DNA of 28,573 nucleotides from a virus (taxonomy: Duplodnaviria; Caudoviricetes). The number at the start of each line of letters is the position of its first letter. The stretch's first letter is position 1. The stretch is from positions 1 to 28,573 of the IMG/VR virus record IMGVR_UViG_3300025118_000103. The stretch is one strand, 5' to 3'. Of the stretch, positions 15,523-24,834 are shown in pieces. The translations under genes and the position numbers were made by a program. The notes under the pieces are model-generated. The model was not told the origin of the DNA, ran no database searches, and worked only from the letters and a program-made list of their open reading frames with translations.

Positions 15523-16580
15523 AATACTGCCTCAATATCTTTATTTGATTCTTTCTTTTCCAACCTACGTTCTAACCACTGTTTACAAGCTAAAGCCCAG
15601 TCCTTTGCTTTGATTTGCTCTGTGGTCTTTAAAGCCATATCAATGGCAGCGTCTTTATACAGTGCGTAACTTTTAGCAATTGGTACAGCAACTTCTCTAA
15701 AGAAAGGATCAGTGTATGGTTTCTCTTCCAACTTATACGCTTTATGCTTGTACCTTTTTAGGTCATACATAAACAAGGCTAATTCACTAAACCAAGCATT
15801 ATAATCCACACTTATAATACTATAAGGTTCGACAGCATCAGATTCATAAATATTAGCCACCCCTGTTAGTGGATATCTAAACGAATAATAATCAAGTCTC
15901 CCTATAGACTCATAGAGAGGTTTATAAACCTCTTCGTAGGCATGAAAACTATCACTAATTTGGTGGTATTCACCAACATTTACCCCAATCGCTCCAGCCA
16001 TAAATTCATGGAGCATGGACATATGAACAACATTGGCACCGTATGCTCCCCAAATCATATCATTACTTCTGCAACAGACTGTCATATGTAGTTTGTGTTG
16101 TCTAATTTTAAAATAGATATTGGTGTTACAAGGTACGTCTCTGCTTTGATGGTTTAAAAGATCAAAAGGATCCCACATCTGTAGGACACATCTTCTACTG
16201 TTTGAATCTTCTTGTAAGATTTTAATTATTTCTGGTATTTGGTCATAGTATTTGTGTCTCCAGCGATGACCATAAGCACCATTAAGTGTTTTACCGTCAT
16301 CACTAAAATCAGCCATACGTTTAACATAAAACGCTACAGTCTCCACATCTCTATCACCGTTTAACATCCATAAACCTTCTAGGAAATGAAAGAAAGGGTT
16401 GGCGTCTCTAACCTTAGAAAATAAAACCCTTTCACACGGTTTTGTGTAAGTTGTGGTTACAGGGCACGTGGATTCTATAACCCTTCCTGTTCTGCTTTCT
16501 CTCCACTCCCCTTCTATCTCAAGGTGCTCTATCCCTAAGATAAGTGCGTCATTTACGTTTCTAGCCTTGATAACTTGCAT
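15519..16580 (-). CDS. Thymidylate synthase homologue, probable dUMP hydroxymethylase
   Basis: GAYGHRW, SRRCVL, DVPCN (catalytic Cys), CRSNDMIWGAYGAN (Asn at the dUMP-specificity position), SFHAY. Confidence 0.85.
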   Translation of the reverse strand: MQVIKARNVNDALILGIEHLEIEGEWRESRTGRVIESTCPVTTTYTKPCERVLFSKVRDANPFFHFLEGLWMLNGDRDVETVAFYVKRMADFSDDGKTLNGAYGHRWRHKYYDQIPEIIKILQEDSNSRRCVLQMWDPFDLLNHQSRDVPCNTNIYFKIRQHKLHMTVCCRSNDMIWGAYGANVVHMSMLHEFMAGAIGVNVGEYHQISDSFHAYEEVYKPLYESIGRLDYYSFRYPLTGVANIYESDAVEPYSIISVDYNAWFSELALFMYDLKRYKHKAYKLEEKPYTDPFFREVAVPIAKSYALYKDAAIDMALKTTEQIKAKDWALACKQWLERRLEKKESNKDIEAVL

Positions 16581-17325
16581 ATGCTTTCTTCCAACTTATA
16601 ACTACGTCCTGTCTTTTACCCCAACCCCAAGCAGTCTTAGTTTCTTTTTCCACAACACGTACAAAATCATCATGTAGCTCTTTCATTTTTAAAGCAGATT
16701 CTGCCTGTACCTCTGGGCTTCTGTAAGTAGAGCAACCCCCAGCAGCATTAGATTGCTTTTGTCCTTGAGCATAAAAGAAGCTAACCTTATTAGGAACACC
16801 TGCCCTTAGTAATTGAAGTGCTACATCAAAATCTTCCATAACAGTTACCCTACCGTGTTCAACTTTATCTCTACACATATCTAGGTCGTAAGCTAGTGTT
16901 CTTATATACCTAGTATTCTCAGCTGATAAATCTTTTACTCGGTTATTACCTTCCCTAGCACTAACACCACAGTGTCCATAACCTTGATCCATCCATTCAT
17001 CTAATAACCCAAAAACTCCGTGGTATTCTTCTGGCTCTAAATAACGTAAGTGCCAATCGGTAGGACTTTTTCTTACATAAAACCTTAAATCATCATCTAG
17101 CATAACGATACGTGGGTCATCTGAATTATCCCAGATATATTGCCTAACCCCTGAAATACCTTTGATTTCTTCGGGGACAATTAAAAGGTTATCATGTACT
17201 TTAGCATAATCCTCTTCCTCAGAGGCATCAATAACTAAAGTAGTGTTAGCCTTTATTTCATCAGGCATAAAGGATAACGTAATTTGTTCTTTGTGCCTAC
17301 TCTTGCTTGGTATAAATATTTTCAT
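16561..17325 (-). CDS. GT-A fold DNA glycosyltransferase-like protein (GREB1/TAGT/J-GT related)
   Basis: IFIPSKSR, GISGVRQYI, MLDDD, MEDFDVALQLL, SNAAGGCS; start 17325 or 17334. Confidence 0.8.
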   Translation of the reverse strand: MKIFIPSKSRHKEQITLSFMPDEIKANTTLVIDASEEEDYAKVHDNLLIVPEEIKGISGVRQYIWDNSDDPRIVMLDDDLRFYVRKSPTDWHLRYLEPEEYHGVFGLLDEWMDQGYGHCGVSAREGNNRVKDLSAENTRYIRTLAYDLDMCRDKVEHGRVTVMEDFDVALQLLRAGVPNKVSFFYAQGQKQSNAAGGCSTYRSPEVQAESALKMKELHDDFVRVVEKETKTAWGWGKRQDVVISWKKAYASYQG

Positions 17326-18194
17326 GTTTCCCAATCCTCCTTCTTTCTGTTTGGTTTATATTGTGCTCTTGGTTTACCTTGACCCAAACGCACACGCTCA
17401 TATTTATCAAATTCGCAAAGACAATGTTCTATATCCCTCATTTCTAGAACAGGTACATGATTTTCTATATACCTGTCACTAATCATCAATAGATCATACA
17501 TCTCACGACAAGATTCTTTTTTAGATAAAGCATTTTTAATGTCTCTACCGTGTATTCGGTTTAATCCCCTAACTGCTCCTGGACCAGCATTAGCCCAAGT
17601 GGTTATATCATCGGCATTCTTTAAGTATTTTGTATGCCGTAAGTCAGTGACCACCTCATAAGCCATAAACCCACTAAATCCAGCATAAGGGAGATATTCT
17701 TTCCAACTTAGTTCTAGAGAATTCATGTGCAATTCTGGTGGTTTATTATACAGAGGTGTTAGGATCTTGTCTATAGTTTGTTCTACTTTAGTTCCGCCTA
17801 AAGTTCCAGTTAACATATAGGCACCTGTGTAAACCTTTTTCTTAGCATCCATTCTAGCCTGCATAATTTTCTTTACCCTCTCAGGTTCCCATGTATCGGG
17901 AAATCCTATTTCTTCTAAAGTGGATGGCCAATTTATTTGTCTGGCTACTGCCATAGCAAAGGGAACATTAGGGTGATCCATATAAGGCACACACCAGTTC
18001 TGCCTAATCCATTTTGTAACAGTATCTAGTTCTCTAAACACATTACAGAAGCTATACTTAATAAGTATTTCATCTTCTGTCCAAGGGTAGTCTGCCCCTG
18101 CTTCTTTGTTTAAGTATATGGCATGTCTTTCATTTATAAAATCAAAGAAATCCCTGTGTCTTTTTGCTTCGTTTAGTTTCATCATATATACCAC
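17322..18194 (-). CDS. aGPT-Pplase1-family DNA base-hypermodification protein (HhH glycosylase-like fold)
   Basis: ERHAIY..PWTEDEIL..YSFCNVFRELD, GFMAYEVVTDL, GPGAVRGL, DIEHCLCEFDKY; start may be an ATG a few codons downstream. Confidence 0.88.
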   Translation of the reverse strand: MVYMMKLNEAKRHRDFFDFINERHAIYLNKEAGADYPWTEDEILIKYSFCNVFRELDTVTKWIRQNWCVPYMDHPNVPFAMAVARQINWPSTLEEIGFPDTWEPERVKKIMQARMDAKKKVYTGAYMLTGTLGGTKVEQTIDKILTPLYNKPPELHMNSLELSWKEYLPYAGFSGFMAYEVVTDLRHTKYLKNADDITTWANAGPGAVRGLNRIHGRDIKNALSKKESCREMYDLLMISDRYIENHVPVLEMRDIEHCLCEFDKYERVRLGQGKPRAQYKPNRKKEDWET

Positions 18195-18225
18195 TTTACT
18201 ATAACTACTTTACTATGTATAGACA

Positions 18226-19725
18226 TTAGTAGGCAATTGTAAAATACTTGTTCGTAGAGGACTGTATGACATGTAGGTTCTGTCTAGTCCTAGTTATGCC
18301 AACATAAAATGTTCTATTTTCTGTGTCGGGGTTATGTGTTAATTCCTCCCATGTACTACCTGCCACATCGGTGAGTAAAACTACGTTATCTGATTCCCCA
18401 CCTTTAGAGGCATGTATGGTTGTTAGTTTTATTCTAGGTGTGTTTGTGTTTTCATTTCTTCTAAGACATGAAATCAAATACTCCCTTTCCTTTACACCTA
18501 GTCTATCAAAAGCTTCATGCCAAATACTATCTACAAGTAGTCCATGACTACTCTTTAAGTTTTCCAACGTATAAAAGGAATCGGTATCAGCATGTGTTAA
18601 ACGCTTCTTCCCTCTTTCAATACCTTTCCCCACTGACATGTAGGAGTAGATAGCTTTTACCCTTTCAAAAGGGACAGCTTCCCCTTTTCTTAACATTTCC
18701 CATGCTCTTATTGCTAAAAGAAGGTTCTCACTTACGGATAACGTATTATTTCTTTGATAAAGATATCCTAACGAACGTAGGTGTCCCTGTACGTTGTTTA
18801 AAAGGTAGTTATTCCTAGCAAGCACTAACCATTCACCTTCACTAAAGTCTATGTGCTCATAAGAACGATGGTATTTTATTGATCCCTCTTCTTCTCTAGG
18901 AATCCATTCTTTTGTTCTTCTTTCCTTTACCCTTTTTATAACGTCTTGAGCAACTTTGTGCACAGCTTTTGGTACTCTATAAGATTGAGTAAGTGCTATG
19001 ATGTTACCTTTAAGACCTATAAACTTTTCTACATCAGCCCCTGCCCATTTAAAGATAGCTTGGTCATCGTCTCCCGCTATATAGACATGCTCAACATCTT
19101 CAGATAATTTTAAAATACACTGCCATTGTAACGCAGATAAGTCTTGCGCTTCATCAACTATAAGGACATCTAACTTAGGGATAGAAGTTAGTTCAATAAA
19201 CTTTTCAAGCATATCGGTGTAGTCCACTAAAAAATTAGAGTCTTTATACTTCTTATAAGACCTACAGAACCAGTCGTAGTGTAGCCATGAAAAATCAGGA
19301 TTACTTTTATTATATTGAGTTTTGTGATCTAAACATTGATTTCGACCAGTATTCTCTAAAAATAACATTTTGTCTGCAGTCGTCGTGACTCTAACGGCAC
19401 CTTCTAGCATGTTCCAGCTGCCACTTAATTTTTCGCCCAAAACTTCACCAAGTTCTCTGTAGTTACTACCTGCCATAACATCTGCTTTACCTAATTTTAA
19501 AGATTGATAACATAGTGAGTGTATCGTACGGAAAAAGGGTAAGTCATCGGTATCTAAATCAAACTTTTGTGTTGCTCTAGTGAGGGCTTCGTTTGCAGCT
19601 TTCCTAGTGAAAGCTAAGTACCCTATTCTGTTAGGGGCAAACCCCTTCTCTATTAATTCTTCAGTCTTTTCCAGGAGGAAGGTTGTCTTCCCTGTTCCTG
19701 GTGGACCTACCACTATATTCCACAT
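18226..19725 (-). CDS. UvrD/Rep superfamily 1 helicase
   Basis: GPPGTGKT, AFTRKAA, DEAQD, GDDDQAIF, TIHASKGGE, FYVGITR. Confidence 0.95.
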   Translation of the reverse strand: MWNIVVGPPGTGKTTFLLEKTEELIEKGFAPNRIGYLAFTRKAANEALTRATQKFDLDTDDLPFFRTIHSLCYQSLKLGKADVMAGSNYRELGEVLGEKLSGSWNMLEGAVRVTTTADKMLFLENTGRNQCLDHKTQYNKSNPDFSWLHYDWFCRSYKKYKDSNFLVDYTDMLEKFIELTSIPKLDVLIVDEAQDLSALQWQCILKLSEDVEHVYIAGDDDQAIFKWAGADVEKFIGLKGNIIALTQSYRVPKAVHKVAQDVIKRVKERRTKEWIPREEEGSIKYHRSYEHIDFSEGEWLVLARNNYLLNNVQGHLRSLGYLYQRNNTLSVSENLLLAIRAWEMLRKGEAVPFERVKAIYSYMSVGKGIERGKKRLTHADTDSFYTLENLKSSHGLLVDSIWHEAFDRLGVKEREYLISCLRRNENTNTPRIKLTTIHASKGGESDNVVLLTDVAGSTWEELTHNPDTENRTFYVGITRTRQNLHVIQSSTNKYFTIAY

Positions 19726-19792
19726 ACTCTTCCCATCTTTGGAATGTTTTGGTTTCCATGTTCCAAAATAAACCTTTATAACAATTTTCCAT
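19661..19792 (-). CDS. 43-aa small protein (absent from the ORF track)
   Basis: MENCYKGLFWNMETKTFQRWEEY...; TAATG coupling to the primase stop; GAGGAGG RBS. Confidence 0.5.
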   Translation of the reverse strand: MENCYKGLFWNMETKTFQRWEEYVEYSGRSTRNREDNLPPGKD

Positions 19793-21297
19793 TAAAATGC
19801 CTCCTCATTCATATCTGGGGTGTCTAAGCCATCGTCTTCATACTCAAAGGCACTTATCGCCCAGACGTTTACACCTTTCTTTTTGATATTCCAGAACTCA
19901 TGTACTGCTCCTAAGTCTTTTAGTTTAGAAGCCATACTATTTAAAGGAAGATCGGTAAATCTATGCTTCATTAAGTAATCCCTTAGATCACTTAACCTAA
20001 AGAAAGTTTTACCTTCTTCTGTCCATGGTTTTCCTAAAAGGATTTCCTCTTTAGCTTGTGCTTGGGCTAAGTCAGTGCAAAAGGATTCAAGGTGTTCCAT
20101 AAACTGTCCTTCTATAGAAGCATCTTCACTTACTTCTATTATCTCCATACCACTACCCATTAAATGTTGTACTAAGTTTTGCCAACCTCTTTCGTTTAAT
20201 CTAGGGGGCATTAAATTAAGTTGTTCCATACAAACCCTTTGAAACTTAATTTGGTTTTGTAATTGTTCGGTTGTTAGTTCTATACGTCTGTCATCAATAG
20301 ACATAAACCATAAAGGCGGTCTTGTGTCTAGTTTAGCTAGACTAGAAAAGGTAGGAGCACCATGTGCATCGCCAACCCCATGCTTACAAGTTAAACACTT
20401 ATTCCTATTACAGTATGAGCGTATAGGTTCATCCCCACACTTATAATTGTACTCTTTCTTTGAAAGGGTTTTAATTAAGGTTAATACCTCTGACGCAGGA
20501 AGAGGAGGGTGAACATACTTCCTATTAAAATCTTCTATCTTCTTCTCCCACTCATCTGGGTGGGCTTTCTTTAGATAAACACCTATATTAAATAAGCCAT
20601 TATTCCTTGTACCTTCTGGGAAGCCTTGTTTTAACAAAACCTTTAAACATGGTGGACCATCAATTAATTCTTCAGCGTTAGGTATTTGTATATTGTTTAA
20701 TTGTTCTCTGGTTACTTTACGTTTTTCAGCAAAGTTTAGAAAAGCTTCGGGGTTTAAATGCATTCCATTATTGTCATAACCGTACCTTGTAGAACTGTCT
20801 CCTCCAAAATAAGGCATATTCAACCATGATCCTACATCACTACGGTCTACGAGTATCTCCCTTTGTTTAGGGAATATCTCCACACCACCATAACCTAATG
20901 AAGCTGATAAATCTCTTAGTACATCTTGCATTTCCCCTGCTGGTACAAATTCTTTTGTGAATAAAAATATGTGAGCACCACCACTTTTACTACGACAAAC
21001 AACTAAAGGAAATTTTAAGTTTTCTACCATTCCTACTAGATGTTTAAATTCTAGGGGGTAGACATCTACATCAATACAACCCCAACAAACCCTGTTCTCT
21101 TCGTTTATCGGTATAACACCTATACCGTAATTACCTTCTAGGTGACTGTTCCAATGCTTTAGTTCTGCGCCACCGCTTCTTATAGTTTTACCTATACCTT
21201 TTTGTTTAATGTCGTTGCTGTCACTAATTTCAAATGTACCATGTGCTCGACCTGAGCCTTTAAAAAGTTCATAAAATTTCTGTGCAGTTTCTTTCAT
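19792..21297 (-). CDS. Archaeo-eukaryotic-type (AEP) primase with PriCT-like domain
   Basis: WGCIDVD (DxD), CRSKSGGAHIFLF, EIFPKQ, PPCL..EGTRNNGLF, Cys cluster YKC..YC..KCLTC. Confidence 0.85.
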   Translation of the reverse strand: MKETAQKFYELFKGSGRAHGTFEISDSNDIKQKGIGKTIRSGGAELKHWNSHLEGNYGIGVIPINEENRVCWGCIDVDVYPLEFKHLVGMVENLKFPLVVCRSKSGGAHIFLFTKEFVPAGEMQDVLRDLSASLGYGGVEIFPKQREILVDRSDVGSWLNMPYFGGDSSTRYGYDNNGMHLNPEAFLNFAEKRKVTREQLNNIQIPNAEELIDGPPCLKVLLKQGFPEGTRNNGLFNIGVYLKKAHPDEWEKKIEDFNRKYVHPPLPASEVLTLIKTLSKKEYNYKCGDEPIRSYCNRNKCLTCKHGVGDAHGAPTFSSLAKLDTRPPLWFMSIDDRRIELTTEQLQNQIKFQRVCMEQLNLMPPRLNERGWQNLVQHLMGSGMEIIEVSEDASIEGQFMEHLESFCTDLAQAQAKEEILLGKPWTEEGKTFFRLSDLRDYLMKHRFTDLPLNSMASKLKDLGAVHEFWNIKKKGVNVWAISAFEYEDDGLDTPDMNEEAF

Positions 21298-21373
21298 CTA
21301 TTCTCTTAATAAGCAAGTAAAAGTGGAGGACATAAATTTGAGGATAAAAGATCCCCCACCCTACTCGGTAGCT

Positions 21374-22126
21374 TTACGCTACTTCGTCTTGAGACGTGTA
21401 ACTTATAGCGTTAACAGTACCGCCAAACTCTTTAGCAGATGTGTATAAATCTGCTTCGGTGTCTATTAACATACCTAAGTTAGTTACGTTCCAACCATAC
21501 CAACTACCAGAATCATTTGATTCGGGCACGGAAGTCAACTTGTATTTATGACTATAAGTTGCAGGAGTGAACATTTGTCCATCTGAACTTTTAATCTTAA
21601 TACTTGCCATCATGGAATTCCAGCGTTTAGACTTCTTAAGTTGTGTACCTGTCATGGCTAACATAACTGGAGTAAAACTACCGTCTTCCTGGACCTGCAA
21701 AACATAATGGTTTGCAGTTGTTTGTATAGTATTACCATTAGGTAGGATGTCCTGATACCTTTCATTCTTCGTAGTTTGTTGAAGAATAGCAGCATCATCG
21801 TAGGTAGCAATTAAACCACCACCTCTCTCTGGACCCCATTCTAGGAATACACGTTTATAAGTAACAGGAATAATAGTGATACCTTCTTCACCAGACCAAA
21901 ACTCGTTTGATACAGTATTAAAGATATCCCCAACACTTATTCCATCTATAAATGCACCGTCATGTTTTTGAACTTGTGGGCTCAAAGCCTGTGTAAGTTT
22001 TAAACGAGGGATCACAAGATCATCCTGTGTTACATTCTCAAGACCTGCTCCTGCGTCATCCATAAAGTTGACAGCAAGTGCAGTTCCACCTTTTTCTTCT
22101 TTTTTTGCTAATTTTTCTTCAGCCAT
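21374..22126 (-). CDS. Putative ssDNA-binding / replication accessory protein
   Basis: GAGLENVTQDDLVIPRLKLTQALSPQV, TQLKKSKRWNSMM, GSWYGW; position upstream of the primase. Confidence 0.65.
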   Translation of the reverse strand: MAEEKLAKKEEKGGTALAVNFMDDAGAGLENVTQDDLVIPRLKLTQALSPQVQKHDGAFIDGISVGDIFNTVSNEFWSGEEGITIIPVTYKRVFLEWGPERGGGLIATYDDAAILQQTTKNERYQDILPNGNTIQTTANHYVLQVQEDGSFTPVMLAMTGTQLKKSKRWNSMMASIKIKSSDGQMFTPATYSHKYKLTSVPESNDSGSWYGWNVTNLGMLIDTEADLYTSAKEFGGTVNAISYTSQDEVA

Positions 22127-22133
22127 TTTTTAT

Positions 22134-22697
22134 TTACCTTTTTGTTATTTTGGTTTTTTGACCTACATATATATTTAAGGTGTCAAAAGGGAGGTCGTTA
22201 CCTTTCTCTACCTGCTCTCTAACGAAACCCTTCAAAGTCATCGGCTCTACCCATTCCTTTTGTTCAGGGTGGAAACCTTGACTATCAAGTTTTTCTAATA
22301 GAGAGGATGCAGTATCATCTTCAGCTCTACCAAAGCTTACTGACACTGTATTTTTAATTAAATCCGCATGTCCGTTCTTACGAAACCAATCAAAAGCTTC
22401 TTCTTTATTGTCTGTGGTTATTCTTGCACTATAAAAGGGAGTGACACTTACTTTTGTGCCATCCACTAAACTAAACTCTGAAACACCCACTTCTTGGAGA
22501 GCCTCAGGGAGTTGTACCTCAGCAATTTCTTTGAGTTCTTGTTTTATTGATTTTAATTCTGATTCTTTTTCAAAAATCTTTTCTTCCAGTTGTGATTGTT
22601 TTAACGCTAATTCTGAAATGGTTTTTAACCCTCTATCTTCTACGTTAACACCCATCTCCTTTTTACTATCTTCTTCTATACTTTTTAATATTGTCAT
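22134..22697 (-). CDS. Conserved phage replication-module protein (coiled coil plus AFDWFRKNGHADLIK motif)
   Basis: Pattern I recognise as the usual neighbour of this SSB-like gene. Confidence 0.8.
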   Translation of the reverse strand: MTILKSIEEDSKKEMGVNVEDRGLKTISELALKQSQLEEKIFEKESELKSIKQELKEIAEVQLPEALQEVGVSEFSLVDGTKVSVTPFYSARITTDNKEEAFDWFRKNGHADLIKNTVSVSFGRAEDDTASSLLEKLDSQGFHPEQKEWVEPMTLKGFVREQVEKGNDLPFDTLNIYVGQKTKITKR

Positions 22698-23003
22698 TTA
22701 TACCTCTAGTTTTATTGAATAATATTTATACTCTCTATTATCCCACTTTAGTATTTTTGCACTATTTTCATTAGAAAGTAAAGCGAAATGTGTAGCAACT
22801 CCTATTGCCACAGGATCCCCTATTAATAATAAGTAGTCATCATCACTAAAGTTTTGAAGAGAGTCTTTGATTTCAGAGGTAACTGATTCAGGTTCGTACA
22901 TGATATTGTCCTCTTCAGATAATATAAAGTTCAACTCACCATATTCGGTAGCTGACAATATATTTTTCTTTTTATCGGGTTTTTGAACCACGTAGACTGT
23001 CAT
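22698..23003 (-). CDS. Conserved phage hypothetical protein
   Basis: VYVVQ..NILSATEYGEL..DDYLLLIGDP..LKWD; first gene of the replication operon. Confidence 0.8.
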   Translation of the reverse strand: MTVYVVQKPDKKKNILSATEYGELNFILSEEDNIMYEPESVTSEIKDSLQNFSDDDYLLLIGDPVAIGVATHFALLSNENSAKILKWDNREYKYYSIKLEV

Positions 23004-23014
23004 AGTTTTCTCTT

Positions 23015-23056
23015 TTATCTTGGATAGAGTATAGTCCTATATAGGGGATAAGTAAA
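23015..23056 (-). promoter_or_regulatory. Leftward promoter of the replication operon with operator-like box
   Basis: TTTACT (23056-23051), 17 nt, TATACT (23033-23028); TTATCTTGGATA 23015-23026. Confidence 0.65.
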
Positions 23057-23089
23057 GTGATAATAATACAAATGTACTATTAGCTATTA

Positions 23090-23245
23090 TATGGATGTAA
23101 ATTTTTTAAAAAATAAAAACAGTTTTTGGACAGTTTTAGCCAATAGCCCAATATATTTTCATTTACTTTGTTAATTTACAGAGGGTTTTCGTTATATTGA
23201 GTAAGGCTATTACCTCAATATTGGGTGTTTTACTCAATATCTGGT
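23090..23245. repeat. AT-rich tract with CAATA(T) repeats and an 11-bp inverted repeat (candidate origin)
   Basis: ATATTGAGTAA 23194-23204 / TTACTCAATAT 23230-23240; CAATATTG 23216-23223; CAATA at 23141 and 23149. Confidence 0.45.
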
Positions 23246-23276
23246 GATTACGTGTGTTTAAATCTTTTTAAATGGC

Positions 23277-23316
23277 TTTACTTATATTATTTCTTATTAT
23301 ATCCTTATCTTGGATA
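23277..23316 (+). promoter_or_regulatory. Rightward promoter of the helicase gene with operator-like box
   Basis: TTTACT 23277-23282, 17 nt, TATCCT 23300-23305; TTATCTTGGATA 23305-23316. Confidence 0.55.
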
Positions 23317-23385
23317 ATTAGAGTGCACATCTTAAAAATTCTATTCACATGAACTCTAGTTATCTACTTAGATTAAAGAGACTAT

Positions 23386-24834
23386 ATGCTAGAATACCAA
23401 TATAAGACAAAACCTTATGATCACCAGAAAGATGCTCTTGAGAAATCATGGGAAAATACAGAACACGCTTTATTTATGGAGATGGGTTGTGGTAAGTCTA
23501 AGGTATTATTAGACAATATTTCTATCCTTTATTTAAAAGGTTTAATAAATTCTGCATTAATAGTTGCTCCTAAAGGGGTTTATGATAATTGGGTTGACGG
23601 TGAAATACCTACCCATGTACCAGACTACATAGATAAACAAGTTTACAGGTGGTCTCCCTCTGAAACTCAGAAAAACCAAAAGGAAAGGGAAGAGATACTA
23701 AAGTTTTCTAAAGATTTAAATTTTGTTATAATGAACATAGAGGCTTTCAGTACAAAGAAAGGCACAGATTTTGCTTCTAAGTTCTTACTTAATAAAAGGG
23801 TGTTGTTTGCTATTGATGAAAGCACTACCATAAAATCACCAAGTGCTGCAAGAACAAAGAACACTTTACGTTTAGCAAAGTATGCAGTTCACAGAAGAAT
23901 TCTTACTGGGTCGCCAGTTACTCGTAGTCCTTTAGACCTGTATACTCAGTGTGAGTTTTTAGATCCAGCTTTACTGGGTTTCAGTAGTTACTATAGTTTT
24001 AGAGCAAGGTATGCTGAAATGGTTGATAGAAGTGCAGGTGGTCGTACCTTTAAGCAAGTTATAGGGTACAAGAACTTAGATGAATTAAACGAATTACTAC
24101 AACCTTTTAGTTACCGTATATTAAAGAAAGATTGCTTAGACTTACCTGATAAAGTGTATACAACTCGTAAGATAGAGATGACACCTGAACAAAAGAAAGC
24201 TTATGATGAAATAAAAAGATACGCTATGACTGAACTCAGTAATAGTGAACAAGTTTCAGTTACTTCGGTTATTACTCAACTACTGAGACTACATCAAATA
24301 TCCTGTGGGTTTACTAGAACAGATACAAAACAAGATGTAGAGTTAAAATCAGCTAGGTTAGAGGAGTTAATGAATATATTAGAAGAAACAGAAGGAAAGG
24401 TAATAATATGGGCTAATTACCGCTACGATATACAGAGGATTTTAAGAGCCATACAAGACCAGTATGGTAAAGGCTCAGTAGGTGCTTATTATGGTGATAC
24501 TACAGACGAGGATAGACGTAAAACAGTGAAATTATTTCAAGATAAGACAAGTGAATTGAAGTACATCGTAGGTAACACACAAACAGGGGGATATGGAATC
24601 AATTTAACTGCTGCAAATACAGTGGTCTATTACTCTAATAACTTTGACCTTGAGAAGCGTTTACAGTCGGAAGACAGAGCACACAGAATAGGGCAAGTTA
24701 ATAAAGTCACCTACATCGACATCATCTGTAAGAACACAGTAGACGAAAAGATTGTTAACTCATTAAAAGCTAAACAAGATATTGCTTCTAAAGTGCTTGG
24801 TGAAGAAAAGTCTTGGCAAGATTGGATAGTCTAG
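23386..24834 (+). CDS. SNF2-like superfamily 2 helicase
   Basis: PYDHQ, MEMGCGKS, IDESTTIK, LTGSP, GGYGINLTAA, QSEDRAHRIGQ. Confidence 0.95.
   Translation: MLEYQYKTKPYDHQKDALEKSWENTEHALFMEMGCGKSKVLLDNISILYLKGLINSALIVAPKGVYDNWVDGEIPTHVPDYIDKQVYRWSPSETQKNQKEREEILKFSKDLNFVIMNIEAFSTKKGTDFASKFLLNKRVLFAIDESTTIKSPSAARTKNTLRLAKYAVHRRILTGSPVTRSPLDLYTQCEFLDPALLGFSSYYSFRARYAEMVDRSAGGRTFKQVIGYKNLDELNELLQPFSYRILKKDCLDLPDKVYTTRKIEMTPEQKKAYDEIKRYAMTELSNSEQVSVTSVITQLLRLHQISCGFTRTDTKQDVELKSARLEELMNILEETEGKVIIWANYRYDIQRILRAIQDQYGKGSVGAYYGDTTDEDRRKTVKLFQDKTSELKYIVGNTQTGGYGINLTAANTVVYYSNNFDLEKRLQSEDRAHRIGQVNKVTYIDIICKNTVDEKIVNSLKAKQDIASKVLGEEKSWQDWIV

Noticed and set aside
15519-16580. dCMP hydroxymethylase (T4-like hmC pathway)
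   Set aside because: The specificity position after RSND..WG is Asn (GAN), not Asp, and the aGPT-Pplase1 neighbour favours uracil chemistry; not excluded without an assay
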